From Zygnema circumcarinatum SAG 698-1b (taxonomy: Eukaryota; Plantae; Zygnematophyceae), in the NCBI GenBank assembly GCA_037447605.1, contig CM074808.1, positions 3,534,001 to 3,598,000 on the forward strand: DNA of 64,000 nt. The letters are read 5' to 3'. Positions 22,283 to 35,605 of this stretch are shown in pieces. Under the pieces are notes generated by a model. It was not told where the DNA came from. It was given only the letters and a program-made list of their open reading frames with translations, and ran no database searches. Each line of letters starts with the position of its first letter. Position 1 is the stretch's first letter. A program made the position numbers and the translations under genes.

Positions 22283-23571
22283 TTACTGCCCAGGCAGCTG
22301 GTCCTTTATGCTCTCCACTCCCCCCTGCAGAGCTTCGCCGATCTGCTCTTTCGCCTCCTTCACAGGGCCTCCTCCCAAAACATTGCCAAACAATTCGTTT
22401 ACTTTCTGCTCATTCTGATTTGGTCCTCCGGTTTCTATCCTGCTGCCATATTCTTCTTGCAGCTTCCTGCCAGCTTGTGTGACAGTGTCTGGAGTTGGAG
22501 CACCACCAACAACGGTGCCTTCTTGCGGCACAATCGCGTCAGCCTTGACTGCAAGATCTCCTGTTGCCTTCTGTCCGCTTCTAACTGCTCCACCAGCTTG
22601 TTCTCCAATTTGCTTTCCCGCCCTGCTCACTTGTCCAACGAAATCATCCACCTTCCCAGATGCAGCCCCACTCGACGACCGAGCAACACCAGGAGCTTCT
22701 GGGACAAATTCCTTCAATGCTTCAGTGCTCTCTCCCAACTTGCCTGCGGCCGCGTCTTTCACACTGTTCAAGTTCTCGAGCACGGTGTTTCTCCCCTCCT
22801 GTCGAGCAGACAGCTCAGCCAAGGCCGAGTCAACAGTTCCAAAGGACAAACCGATAGCTGCAATCGCCGCGAAAGTTGCTCCTTGTGTTGGAATGTTCAC
22901 GATGAAAGTCTGCAGAGGAGAAGCAGTCATTAGTTTATGGGAAGAAACTAGTTAATCAAGGCTCACTGTTGCAGACACTTCCAGAGACATTGCGGGGTTT
23001 GCAAAGCAATGTCGTCGTACCTGTGACTGCTCTCGGTTTTGGCTTGCCTCTGCGCGCACAACCTGTAACAAGAATTAAAACCGCAATTAGAATTTCGTCA
23101 AAATAGAACCAAAAAATCCATCTCACTATCTTGGTAGTGGTGCCAGTGAGGCCTTGATTGCATGCATTTAAGGGCAGGAGGACGACAGCAAGGAGAGTGA
23201 TAGCATTGAGTTTATGTCCAAACGACACATTATTATTACAACGATACAGACCATCACACATACCTTTTTATCTTCCTTTTGGTCCATTCTCTAGCACATC
23301 ACGCTCATTCGACATTTCAATGCCATATCCTTTCCTCTTTTCCCTCGCTAGCAACGCAACCTAGTGCAGCAATGGACGACAAGCGTAGAAGCCAGCATTA
23401 TCATCATCATCATCATCAGTCTCTGCTCTCAAAACACACCTTCAGACTGCGAGGAGCCGCTGCAATTTTCTTGCACGAAGGCACCGAAGGGGTGGCATGC
23501 CGGGAAAGCCCAGCCGGCAGGACGGCTGCTCCGCTCAGACAGAAACTGAGCGACACTGTCTGCGCAGCCAT
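22283..23571 (-). CDS. Plastid-targeted, probably thylakoid-associated Ala/Gly/Glu/Lys-rich (LEA-like) protein; 3 exons, about 266 aa
   Basis: Exons 23571-23440, 23062-23021 and 22909-22283 join in phase 0. Transit-peptide-like MAAQTVSLSFCLSGAAVLPAGLSRHATPSVPSCKKIAAAPRSLKVVRAEA, then hydrophobic ATFAAIAAIGLSFGTVDSALA ending in A-L-A. The mature part is hydrophilic with helix-type repeats (KEAKEQIGEALQGGVESIKDQL) and has no Cys or Trp. Confidence 0.8.
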
Positions 23572-23878
23572 GGCGGTCAAATGCTACTTTCCCTACTCTT
23601 GCTTGTACAAGAAAATGAACGAAAGAAAGCCCTTGCCTTGCCCTTCCCCTGCTTCCTTTGCTCTTTTTACCGCCTTAAAATTCTGCGAGGGAAAGAGGGC
23701 ACGACGCCTATTTAAAATGCCGGCTTCAACACAGAATGAGTATTCTTCTAACGGGATATGTCCATGTGTAAGCCAATTTTGTTGACCCAAGCGCCTTTTC
23801 TATGAGCTGGAAAGCGTTATATTTTGTGAATCTCGGTAAACTGTGTCCATGTAGCAGCGTTGTCCTCTCATCAATAAA

Positions 23879-24053
23879 GCCACGTGGCGAGCTGAGCGCG
23901 TTTGACAGGCGAGTACTCGACACGTGGCAGCCGCAAACTTCGACGAGATCTGTATTTGGTTTTTGTCGGTTGCGGAGCGGACTGGACAGCGCGCGACGTG
24001 GCAGAATGAAGCAGAAGAATGACGTGGCAGTTCGGGACAGGCTGCCACGTGGA
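23879..24053. promoter_or_regulatory. Cluster of five G-box/ABRE-like ACGTGG elements upstream of the LEA-like gene
   Basis: GCCACGTGGC (23879), GACACGTGGC (23919), ACGTGGC (23996), ACGTGGC (24022) and GCCACGTGGA (24044) lie within about 175 bp, 310-480 bp upstream of the ATG at 23571. Confidence 0.65.
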
Positions 24054-24157
24054 CATGGAATAATGTAGTGTGACTAGTGTCACTGTCGGTTTGTCGATTT
24101 GCGGAGCCGCGCAGTTCGTTCTTGGACCGGCCGAAACCGAATTTTTATTTTGGAGGC

Positions 24158-24267
24158 TACTATACACACACATTTTGTAGATAGATACACACCTTTAAAA
24201 ATCTAAATATCTTAACAAAATCTGTTGCCAAAAAGGTGTATATCTAGTTGAAAAGGTGTGTAAGTAG
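24158..24267. repeat. Imperfect inverted repeat of about 110 bp (MITE-like hairpin) in the LEA-like/ARMC6 intergenic region
   Basis: CTAC..TACACAC..TAGATACACACCTTT pairs with AAAAGGTGTATATCTA..AAAAGGTGTGTAAGTAG. Confidence 0.5.
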
Positions 24268-24975
24268 ACCCTAAGTTATTTTATAAGGGAAAAAAGAGGA
24301 GGGACTAGAAAAGAAATGTAATATATAGGCAATGATCAAATGTGTAAATTTGTCACTCGAGGGTATGTTTGCCAAAAAACGGCTTTCCATGTAACTGGTA
24401 ACGTCACGTTCCATGCTTGTTAACTGCAACTCGAACGTTTTTGTAAGAGTTACGGGGATGTGTTTAGCTTTTTACGCTGAACTGTGACTGTGCATGTGCA
24501 TGGAACATGAAGCGCCTGTGGGAGTACCATTCGTGAACTTTTTGGTCGAGCACATCCAATGACGACTCGCCACGTATGTAAAATTGTAAACGTGGCTAGA
24601 CTCCATTGGAAGATGCGCGACCATAGGCCCACTTGGAGACGCACTCTGCGCCCTCTGCTTCTGCTCTCTCTGCTTTCTTTCTGCCTCGTTGCAATGCATT
24701 TGGCGCACTTTTACAAGCGCAACATAACAAATTTCGAAGCACGATAAAAATTTTAAACGCTTTTATTGAATCTGAAAACAATATTGACAGCAGTCCATGC
24801 ATTTCTCTCCGTCCAATTGACAGAAATGGCCCATTGAGAGCTTGCAGCTGCTGCTGTAGTTGGAGAATCCCTCTCCACTTTCTTTCTTATCCGTGATGTT
24901 TTTGGTTCCTCTTCAAGCTTATTGTCTCTTCTGATCTGACGTTCTGAACGAGGTGCTCACAGTCCTGGTGGAGCC

Positions 24976-27900
24976 ATGGCGCCTGCCAGGCTCACCCTCT
25001 CTCAAGAGGAGTTTGATGCGGCGGTCCAAGAGGCCATGGAGATTTTTGGAATAGATGAGAAAGAATCAATAGAGGACACGAAGAAAACATTTGAAATGCA
25101 AGGATTCGACTTATCAGGTGACCAATCTGATCAATCTGGCTCAGTAAAAAAAACCTAAACGACCTTGAAGCCTAAAAGCCTTGAACCTTGCACTTAAAAT
25201 AACCCTTTTTCCAAGCTTGAACAAAGGTGAGTATATTTCTGGAACATTGTAGGTAAGGATCGTTAGATCCCAATGACACGCCACCTTAATCAGACCTTGT
25301 GGTCGATTGCAGCGCACCTCATGGTTTCATAGAGAAAAAGTGGAGAGGGAACGCGTAAAAGAATATTGCTTGCAAAGGATTTTCTTGAACTTGTTAACTT
25401 TTCCGTGCGGCGGTTCCAGACCTAAAAAACAATGAACATAATTCCAAAATTACCTTAACACTGAAACCTCATGCATGCACTCGTACGAAGACGAATGGGC
25501 ATGCATTAACAATTTGTGTTTTGAGATCACAAACAGTGTGCGAAGAGCTGTAACACACTTAATTCATAGCCGTTGTACAATTCAATCGCAGTATGCAGTT
25601 AATACACAGTTTTACAACGAGTATGGAATCTTGTAGCTCTATCTCTATCGACATGGGTCTGTGCCAGCTTGGATGGATGCTACTTGTCGAGTCTAAAGTT
25701 GCAGCTACGTGCTTGCTTATTGAAATGTAGAGGACTGTGAACAAGAGTCTTGGAGTGGAATGTGATTTTTTTTTTGTGGAAATCGTCAATAGAGTGTAGC
25801 AATTAGATCATAAGAAGGTATCAGGGAATAAGTCAATGTAAGAATGAGTTAGCATATCTAAGCACTTTCAGATTAACTGAAAGAGCTCCAGAAGCGGAGG
25901 CAATGCATTGTCTACATCGGCAAGCTTGTCAGTCTTGAGTTATGACGATATCAGAACGAGCGAATCTTCATTCATGCCTTACCATGTAGATTATCTGACT
26001 GTCTCTGTGGCGCTGGAAGCTTGCCTAGAATCCTTCTTTATTTTTGGCTGGTTCGAAGTGAGCACAACTTCATTCACGATACTTACGAAAATATGTTCTA
26101 ACACTATTTATGTGGCCTTCGCTCATTCGCAGGCATCATTACCGCACCGGACCAGCAGGAACATCCTATAGTAGCAGCTTCCACTCGGCTTTCAAATGCT
26201 GTTACGGGTTATTTACAAACAGCAACTGAAAACAGTGGAATTGGAGAAGCTGATGTCTCGAACGGGGGCAGAGTCGTAGAGAAAGGAAACGAAGCTTTGA
26301 TTGATGCACTTGTCAAAGCAATTGAAGATGTCGAAGCGATGATGCGTGAAGGAGGGGCTGACACTGTGAGTGTAGCAGGAAGGTTGGGTGTAGTCGAGTC
26401 AACTGTGAAGGCATGTGATGCGTTTTTACAAGGGAGACAATCTCACTTTGTGGAGAAGGGACTAGCTGCATTGAACCTGCTACTGACGGGTGAGTTGCAG
26501 ACAACGCCTGCTTTGTTGATGACGGGCAATTAGAGAAGCTGGACTTTAGAAAGTCTTAGTATTGAGAAGAAACTTGAGCAATGCAGTGAATGGACAAAAG
26601 CCCGACAAGGATGATCTTGAGACGACTACTTTGCTTGTTTACAGAGTTTGCTGAGGATTTTGGCGGCTTCTTTTACAAAGTATGGATGGATTTGGAAGGA
26701 AATCTTTCTTGTTGAGGATTGTTGCCTCTCAGACATTGCCTGAATAACCCTGCCCAATGCCGAATACAAATAACTTGGTTGATGTGCACTTTAAGTTCGT
26801 CTATGTGGCTATCCGACATGAGAATTTCTACAATCGCTGCATGCGGGAGCTGAAATTGTCCTCCCATGTTGTGACAATTTCGCATGTCTTTAACGCATGT
26901 ACAGTTCTTTTTTTTTCATAAACTTCAGCTTTCCTTTTTTCTGTTGTTTCGTCTTTCCATTGGCAGATGAGGCCAACAAACAAGCTTTTCTGAAGGCCAA
27001 TGGACCTGATGTGGTAGTGACGGCACTTTCTGCCCATCAGGAATTCCCATCGCTGGTTCATGCTGCAGCCAATGTGGCAGCGACAGCTGGCACCAGATTC
27101 GAGGTGAATAAAGAAGAATTCATGAACAGAAATGCACACGAGCTCCTTGTTGGACTAATGAGGCGCCACCTCACACATTCCGGAGCCGTTCAAGGGAGTG
27201 TGGATGCCTTACGGAGTTTGTCAACAAATGACGATTCAAGAGTGGCTGCATCAAAGGTACGGTGAAGGAGAAAGCATCATATCGTTGTAATCAGCACCTT
27301 TGTTATCTGTGGGCGTACTTGTTTGCGATACGGTTGTTGCAGTCTCCAATAGTAATTCGTTCATACGAGAGCATTTCTGCTGCCCGATGACCGTTTTTAC
27401 AGACATTCACGAATGCCCAGAAGATCGCAGAGGCTGGGGCAGTGGAAGCAATTTTGGAGGCCGCCCGAGAACATCGTGAAGACCCGCAACTGTCAGCCAT
27501 ACTTTGCACCGGGCTGAAGGCAGTTGCAGTCAATGTGAGTGCTGTGTTTCAACTGTTTTCCTTTTCAGGAAACTTCGTTGCCCAGCTGTCTAAGCCCATA
27601 AATGCTGCCACCTTTGGCTCTTCACAGACTGTACAGTGGAGGGGAATATAGCAAGCTTATCAAATCACTGATCTCAATTGTTCACTTGTGGAAGCAGGAG
27701 GATATTTGCAGGTCTGTGGCTGAAAAAGGAGGTGTGGAATTGGCAATAAACTTTTTGTCGGTCGCATCGGCGGAACGAAGAGCCAGCATAGTACGAAGTG
27801 CTTGTGGCCTTCTTCGGCAGGTGAATTTCACGAACGAAAGATGGGATAAGAGAGAAGGAGGAGATAAATAAATGCTGAACTTGAAGGGATCTACACAGCG

Positions 27901-29141
27901 GCTTCCTTTCCTTTTCCAGTATATGACATGATTTTATACCTGACAGAGCCAAGCTGGCAACGGACAGTAGAGGAATGTTGAAAAGATGTAACCGAATGTA
28001 ATTACACAACAAGACAGTTGATGTTTGAATGCTTTTGCTGATCTGACCTGCAGTAGGAAATGGACAGCTGGCAGGTAGTGATCGCAATAAGGCGGCCATA
28101 GTGGAGGGTGGTGGAATGAACCATATTTTGGGAGCGTCCTCGATTTTCCCGGAGGATCCGGGAGTCATCCAGGAGGTTAGTTATCCGTATTTAAGAGCTG
28201 CAGTTGAAGTGCAACGACAGGTTGATCTGAGGGCAGACATGACGCATACTTGAAGCAAGCTGATTTGCCAGCTCGAATGAAAGTGAGCTATCCTGAGTTT
28301 CGTGACAACACATTTTTTTTTTATTGCGTGCACCTGAACTGAACGGAAATGAACTTATACTTATCTGATGAATGTTTGGATGCAAATAACTGGCATGGTA
28401 TGAAGAACTATATGAGGGGCCACAAAATCCTCACCAAAAGGTCTCTCTTTCTCTCCCCGCTTCCCTCCCTCCCCNNNNNNNNNNCCCCCCCCCCCCCCCC
28501 CCCCCCCCCACCCATATATCTCTCCCTTTTTCTCTGTCCCCTTCCCTCCCTCCCTCTCTCCCTCCCTCACTCTCCCCTCCGTTGCCTCCTGCAGAGTTTT
28601 GCGACTGTCACTGCCCTCACATTGAGAATGCCTGGCCATGCAGCCATAGCGCTTCAGCTTGGGGCTGCCAGTGTTGCGGCGGAGGCCATGGAGAGGCACA
28701 GCAGTGCAGGTGCCATGCAGCGGCAGGCCTGCCAAATGCTGCGGAACCTCGCAGTACGCAATCCGGAGAGCAGGTGACGCTCTTCATACGACCACACTCC
28801 GCACACATTCTCTTTCGTTTTTAGGTTCATTGGGCCTCAGATCGGTTTGGCTACCGCATACATCTTCCTGGCCAACTATTCTGCATGTTTTTGGCCAGAG
28901 ATGACGGGTTTGGAGTGTGTGTGTGTATTGTGTGAATCTCTTGACCTTCAGGTGACGTCACGTGTTTTCCTCCTGATGGTATTGTTTATTTGTTTCCGAG
29001 TATATGTTTGTCTCTTTTGTCTGCAGATCACTCATTTTAGAAGCTGGGGTTGAGCCTCTCCTAAGGGAAGCCAAGGCCCGGCACAAGCAGTGCCAAGATG
29101 TGGCCCTCGCTGCCCTCATGGCGCTCGGATTCGACAATTGA
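24976..29141 (+). CDS. ARMC6: Armadillo repeat-containing protein 6-like, multi-exon
   Basis: N-terminal LSQEEFDAAVQEAMEIFGIDEKESIEDTKKTFEMQGFDLS resembles the ARMC6 signature. ARM-repeat exons include DALRSLSTNDDSRVAASK and QRQACQMLRNLAVRNPE. Last exon SLILEAGVEPLLREAKARHKQCQDVALAALMALGFDN* ends at 29141. Confidence 0.88.
28475..28484. other. Assembly gap (10 N) in a C-rich ARMC6 intron
   Basis: N run visible in the sequence. Confidence 0.98.
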
Positions 29142-30715
29142 GTTCTTTTTTTAGAAGCTCTTGAAGCACATCTCGTATGTTTATTTTCGAGGGCAATACA
29201 AGCGCTACGATTGGTGGGTAACGAGGAGCATGCATGCATGTCTGTACATACGGCATGTCGCTCCAGAGAAGAGCATTCTACATGAAGGTCGGGGGGGTAT
29301 GAGAGGAGGTCCAGGTGCAGGATGTGAGGTATATGCCAAATGCGTTGAATGTTTCGTGACTATCTGGACTTCAAAAGGAAATTTTGTTTAAAAGTTGCGT
29401 TAAAGAATACGCCTTCTCAATTCAGGGTATAAAATACTGTGAAAAATGTCCAAATATGTTAACATGTTGCCTTCAAGGCGCGAGCCTCGCAAATAGTGAA
29501 GGGCAGGCCCACTCTCCTCTCTCCCCTCTGTCTCGTCGCACGAGCGAGGTAAGTCGAGGGACTACGAACAAGCACACCGTATTGTTGTTGGGACACGTGT
29601 ACAAAGCAGATTGAAAGCTCAAGCATTGTACGCACGTGGCGCCGGCCGACCAAGCCCTTTCTTGTAGCGACGTTGACTTGCCGCCGTGACCTTGTCCTAT
29701 GCCAAGTTCACCCTCACACTCTCTGCAACGACTTACCATTTTTCTTTTGGGACACTTTTTCATGTCTATCCACTTGCAGATGCTCTTTCCTGATGCCAAG
29801 CCTTCGTTGCTGCTGTAGTTTGCAATCTATTAAACTCCCCCAATCAAAATAAGCGTAGAAACAATGATGTACTGGTACTGGTAAACTATCATGGTCACAC
29901 TCGTTTCCAAATGGTTGCGACTATCGACTGCCATTGTGCCACCTATTGATCCATTAGGGCATGTCAGACTTAACAAGAAGTTCATAAGTTTAACACCAAA
30001 ACGAGTACTCTGGTGACATCGCGATACGCTTGTAGAGGAGTACTTCAATAACTTCTTTTTTTTGTAAGATTTTGTTAAGACTCACGTGCCCTATTCCCCA
30101 TATGTTGGGCCGTCCCCTGAACAACGTAGCAGGCTTTCCGATCAGTCGTCTAAGACTGCAAAAATGATGAGATTTTGACGGTCCTTGCTTTTTACTACAC
30201 CAAGTAACATAGGGCTTTTGTGTTCATGATCTTGCCATGCAAAACAAGGCGAGTCAGAGGAGCTCATCTTGGAGTCCTACTTGCTTGCTTCTGTTCTTGG
30301 GGGCAGGGATATACAGAAACCACCAAAAACTAGCAGGCCGGAAGCGTAGTTCAAAGCGTGGTAAAGGTTTCAGAGTTTAGGATTTAGGGTTGAAGCCATC
30401 TGGCGCTTTCTTAGTCTCCTTGCTGGAAGTTCTTGAACTTGTTCAACTGCAAATCATTTAATGAAAAAATTTGGAGCTTTCAATTAGCATTTCCCACTTC
30501 CACAGGATGTATGTAGGCAGCTGATGTCAGCCACCCCTTGCTCTGCAGCAAGGCACACCGAGATAAACGACATGTCAAGGGTGAAGGACAGAGCGAAAAG
30601 AGGGGGAGAGAGGGGAGAGGAAGAAAAGAAAGAAAAGGAGATTTCTTAGGTAACTCTTGCTTCAACACATGTATACGGAATACCAAAGTGCAAGGGGAGG
30701 ATTGTGGGAGAGAAA

Positions 30716-30749
<34 letters not shown>

Positions 30750-30944
30750 GAGAGATGAGAGAGACGCTCAGAACCAGACATGAGAGGGCGGAAGGGCGTT
30801 ACGATAGAAGTCCAAGTACTTGCATAGCGTCACAAGTACAGAAAGCCATTTTCACAGGCCCAAGGAATCGCAAATGATGACTGAGTGTACCTTAACATAG
30901 GAGCTCATGAAGATTATTAGACTTCCGCTTTGACATGAATGAAG

Positions 30945-32439
30945 CTACTTCTTCGTCCTCCTCTTTGGAACCTTTTGCTCGTCCTTAAGGTCCCTCTTAA
31001 GGTCACGGATGGCCTTGTCGAAAGTTTTCATTTCCTTTGACCGGCCCCCATAAATGTCCCGAATTGTGTCTCTGCAAAACCTGTAGGACCTTAGCCAAAT
31101 GTAAGCACTACTATCATACAGTAACTCCAACCCTCCGTCGCTCCCTCACTCTCTCTCTCCCCCATCGCTTACTCTCGCCCTCACCGCCTCATTTCAACTC
31201 CCATTTCCAACTCCCATTCACAGCTTCTCCCCTCTGTCCTCCGTCCTCTCCTTCCCCGCCGTCCCCTCCTTCCAAAAGTCAACTCCACTGCATAACAAAA
31301 CCAATGAAATTCCTGGCATGCTTGTGGAACATGGTGATAAGGAGTCGCATCCCCAACCCCAGTTTCAAAGGAGTCGCAAATTCTATGGCTCATGTTATGG
31401 TCACCTACCCACACGCCTCCTCGTCCATTTCCTCCTCCGGAATGCCAAAGAGGTCCCAAAAAACAGACGGGTTTACCCGACAAAACCGAGGCCGGTCTGT
31501 GGCCCCAAAAAGACCCAGTCCCTTTATGTTACATAAGTTAACGAAATGAGCTCACTTCAATTCCTAGGTGATCTCCAAGGCATGTTTGAATGGTTAAGAA
31601 AAGGCTTTGTTGGTTCGTTTGTGAACTCTGTCATACTTCTGAATTCCAAGCAACCTAATGGCCAGCAAATACCTAAGAAAATTTTCAGAACGTTACCTAA
31701 GTGGACCTCGTGAAAAGCTCACCTTCATATATGGAGCACATTCTCGTTGCTTTGTTGAAGTGAACGCACCACCCATCAGGGCCAGTCATAGACTTATACA
31801 ACTGCCACAATCGTAACCCCCCGAAGGAGAACCCCGGAAGCCATCATCTTCAATGTTTTTTCCAAAAACACCATAAGAAAAATACATTCAACGACTCAGA
31901 GTTCTTTCATTTAAAAATCTCAACTTGTCTGTCAAACCTCTAAGACGTCTCCTCTTTGCATTTCACAAAAATCCAAAAACCCGGAATATTCTACTGAACC
32001 TCAAAAACGTTCGTTTTCATTCATTCTTGAAAATGTTTTCCAGAATCTCACATACTTGAAGCTCCTCCGGATCCCTCAGAATTTCCTCTATGGGAGGCGC
32101 GAGGGGCCCCTTATCCAACTGACAGCACGCACCGCAGCCTTTCACACAAGCCCACCCCTTCCTTGGAGCTTCACTCGCTGAGGGAGGGGCCGAAGGAGAG
32201 GCAACGCAGCAGCGCACATTCCGAATACAATTAGGGTTAGGGCAAACTGTGGCTCTTCTAGAAAATGAAGGGAGGGTCGAGAACGACGAGGCTGAAGAAA
32301 GAAAGGATGGAGAGTGGGGGGAAGGGGAAGAGGGGGAGGGGGAGGGGGAGGGGGAGAGAGGGGAGAGACGCTGTGGGAAGGTAGAGGAGGCTCTCATGCC
32401 GACCGTTGCGTACACTGAGGCAGCCATGGACGTCGTCAT
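30945..32439 (-). CDS. Plastid-targeted YkgJ-family / putative Zn- or Fe-chelating (CxxCxxCC-type) protein; 4 exons
   Basis: Ser/Pro-rich transit-like N-terminus, then WACVKGCGACCQLDKGP, LYKSMTGPDGWCVHFNKATRMCSIYE-DRPRFCRVNPSVFWDLFGI and EEACGFCRDTIRDIYGGRSKE. Exons join in frame. Start is 32439 or 32427. Confidence 0.88.
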
Positions 32440-33392
32440 AAGAAAATGTTTTCCGAGGGGTAGTAGAGGAGCAAGGAGGGCGATAGGGAGGGAAGGGGAG
32501 ATAGGAGAGGGGCGAGCGGCGTTAGAAATTTGCTTTCTCTTGAACGCAGTAAACCATGCAAAACATTTGCTTTTAGTGGATGCGCACATGCAGGAAATCG
32601 ATGAAATTCGTTCGACGATTTGGATTGTAACATGGACCAAGCTTCTAATAAGTTCGTCCTTTACCGTTCAGCCCAAAAGATTATCCCTCTGTTTCTTTTG
32701 ATGTCTCTCTCTCTCTCTCCCGCTCTCTTTCAGACAAATGTTGGAGAAAATATTTGCCCCCCACGAGTAGTACCATGTTCTGGACATGCCCAAATTGCTA
32801 TATCACTGCTGCTGCTTGGTGTGGGGGAATGAGAGCATTGAAAATTTAATGAAGATAAAGAAAAAGAATTTGCATTTGCATTTGCAATGCAATCGTTAAG
32901 AGTTAATTGATGGCCAATGTTTGGCTCGTTAATGCTTGCAACCATTGGCAAACCATGGCAGATGTAAGCTGGCGTCCTCCAATGGCGAATCACCACATAC
33001 ACAACTTTGTAAATGTGGCAGATCGGCAAAGGAGCTTGATTACAGTTCACTGAGGAATAAGGACCTTCATGTCCACTTCTTACCACAAAAACGCGACCGA
33101 ATGTGATATCTAATTATGATAACAGAATCCTTCAAAAGTTCCCCTTATAAACCTGAGGACTGATACCGGAAAAGGAAACTTCAGGTTTAATCCTTCAAAT
33201 ATAGGACAAAAGCCAACCGTAACAAGTGAGTTGACTAACCATTTTAAACTATCCACAAACTATACATTACATTGAAGGACTGTACAATGAATCTGGAAAC
33301 TATTACCAGGCTCCTAACACAAAAAGCCGAAACAAACCCTAATCTACTCCCGGAAAGAAAGGAAAATACAGATTCGAATCTAGAAGGGAGCT

Positions 33393-35605
33393 TCAGAGGT
33401 AGAGTACGTGGCAGCTCAAAATGACGTCGGAGGAGCATCCAACCCCTTCGATTCTCCTTGTCACCAAAAGGCCTTCCAGTCTCTCAGCCGCCTTCAGATC
33501 AACTTCCACAGCAGTGCAGCCTCTTCCAACCACGTACAATTTCCCCTGCAAACCTACCAACTTACAGGGGGCACTGAGGAGAGCGGGGGAGAGCCGGCCC
33601 ACCGGTCTCCATGCTCTAGCAGCTTTATCAAACACCATCAGCCTGATTCCTCCCACATGCTCCACCATGTACAGTTTTCCATCCACCTCAACAGACGATC
33701 CGTGCCATCCAGCTGCCATTTCATCGTCTAAGTACTCCCATTTCTGAGCTATGGGATTGTACGTTTGAACATGAGGACCAGGCACAGTGTGAACACATCG
33801 GATGTGTGAGACATGCAACTTGTTGTTCCAAACAACCGCATCTTGCAAGTCTCCATCGTTAAGAAGTTCGCCTGCACTACACCACCTGACATCCAATCAC
33901 AAAGGCAAAAACATAAGCTCATAAAAAAATGTGATTGCACATATCTCATTTCAGAAAAGGCAGCTTCAGATAGGCTTAAACTCAAACAGATGCGAAAAAA
34001 AAGATGAAAGAAACAAACGTGAATCACCAGACGGAAGCGGCTCCCGAGCAGACATTTTTTGCTTTGTTCTGACTAGCATCCTCTAAAATTCTCAAGAGGA
34101 AGTTGTCAGCAGCCTCACTTATCCTCAAGCGAATCGTAAACTTCGACTGAAGTTAGCAGGCCCGAAGCACTCGTCCCCATGCCTCCTGCTACAAGTATTT
34201 GATCATTCAACACTCCGCTCACAGCATAGCAACGGGCATGCTCCATTGGTGCCACGCGAGTCCACTTGTCAATAATTGGATTATATCTGGAAAAAGGATA
34301 CAAAAACCAGAAAAAAACACGTTACCTTTTTGCTCCACTAGTGACACAGCCCTCCATCCTTGTGCAGCGAATTCAGATAAGCTTACTTTGGGTTCAGTAA
34401 AAAAAAAGACGAAAAACATGGATGAACAAAGTGTGTCAGGAGATCGCTACACACAAATTATTCCTCAGTACATCGTCAGCAAATTGCACACATGCGTGCA
34501 TTCACTGCTAACTCCGAGAACACGCAATCGAGATATCTTCTATATATCAGAAACCCTAGACGACACTCGTAATTTCTGAAGTTCAAAGCAGACAAGCCCC
34601 AGTGTAAATACCCTCGTTCACGCATCCACCAATCACTGTTTCTTGACCAGCTATGGAAGCAGGTAGTCCTCATTTGAGAGCCAAGCAAATTGGCAATGGA
34701 AGAAGCTTCCCAGGATTTCTGAATGGAGCTTATTATCCAGAAAAGTATTGTCAACTTATTAGAGGAACGTCATAGTATTTCCTTTATGGCGGACATTCAA
34801 ATGTTGAGCATGCTAGCTTTAACACCCAGTGTATCAATGATACAACATATTGTCTCACCTAAAGACTTCCTGTTTAGGAGGCTTCGACCAACCAACTCCA
34901 CCGATGGCATATAGCATCCCATTGCATGCTTCGCATGCCATACCATACGACCGAAGGATCTCGTGCGGCATTTTTGATACTGGATGCCACTGCTTAGCCT
35001 TAGGATCCAAGCAACGCCAGGAGAGACGTTCGTTTGACTCCCTTGCCAGGATATATATCCAGCCCTCCGCCACTCCGTTCTGGCGTCGTAAAGTGTAGTA
35101 GGGTTGAGACTGCCAGGACAAGGGACAATCAGAACACCTAATGCAACTCAAACAACACTGAAGTTTCGAAACCACAACTCGCATATAAGTGCATTTTCTC
35201 GGCTAAACACATCAAGGCGAAGTGGTTTGATTAATTGCAATGGCTTTGACTTCCCGATCTCTGGTTGAATAATCCCTGTTCACCAAGTCCAAAAAGAACA
35301 GATTAACAAAACACTTCAAGGAGTCAGCTAGTCACCTCAATAAACTCAAACCATCGTCTGCTAACTCCCCGAACCAGTTTGTGGCTCTTTCGTGGAATCC
35401 GCAGCAGGCACTGAACGGCTAGATCGTCCGGGAGACCGGGAATGATAGGAGATTCTTCTGTGGCGCAAGCAATCGCGATTTTCGATGTTTGTTTCTCTTC
35501 CATTATGCCGACTGAATATCTCCTTGCTCGCAGAGATTCACGCTCTTCCTGTTGGATGCCCATTACCCCAGTGTAAGGGCGACGCATCGAAAAAAAGTCG
35601 GTCAT
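33393..35605 (-). CDS. F-box/kelch-repeat protein, multi-exon
   Basis: F-box IIPGLPDDLAVQCLLRIP...VRGVSRRW. Kelch repeats LYAIGG...YNPIIDKWTRVAPMEHARCYAVSGVLNDQILVAGGMG...VEVYD. C-terminus DVILSCHVLYL* at 33393. Start codon uncertain (35605 or 35587). Confidence 0.9.
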
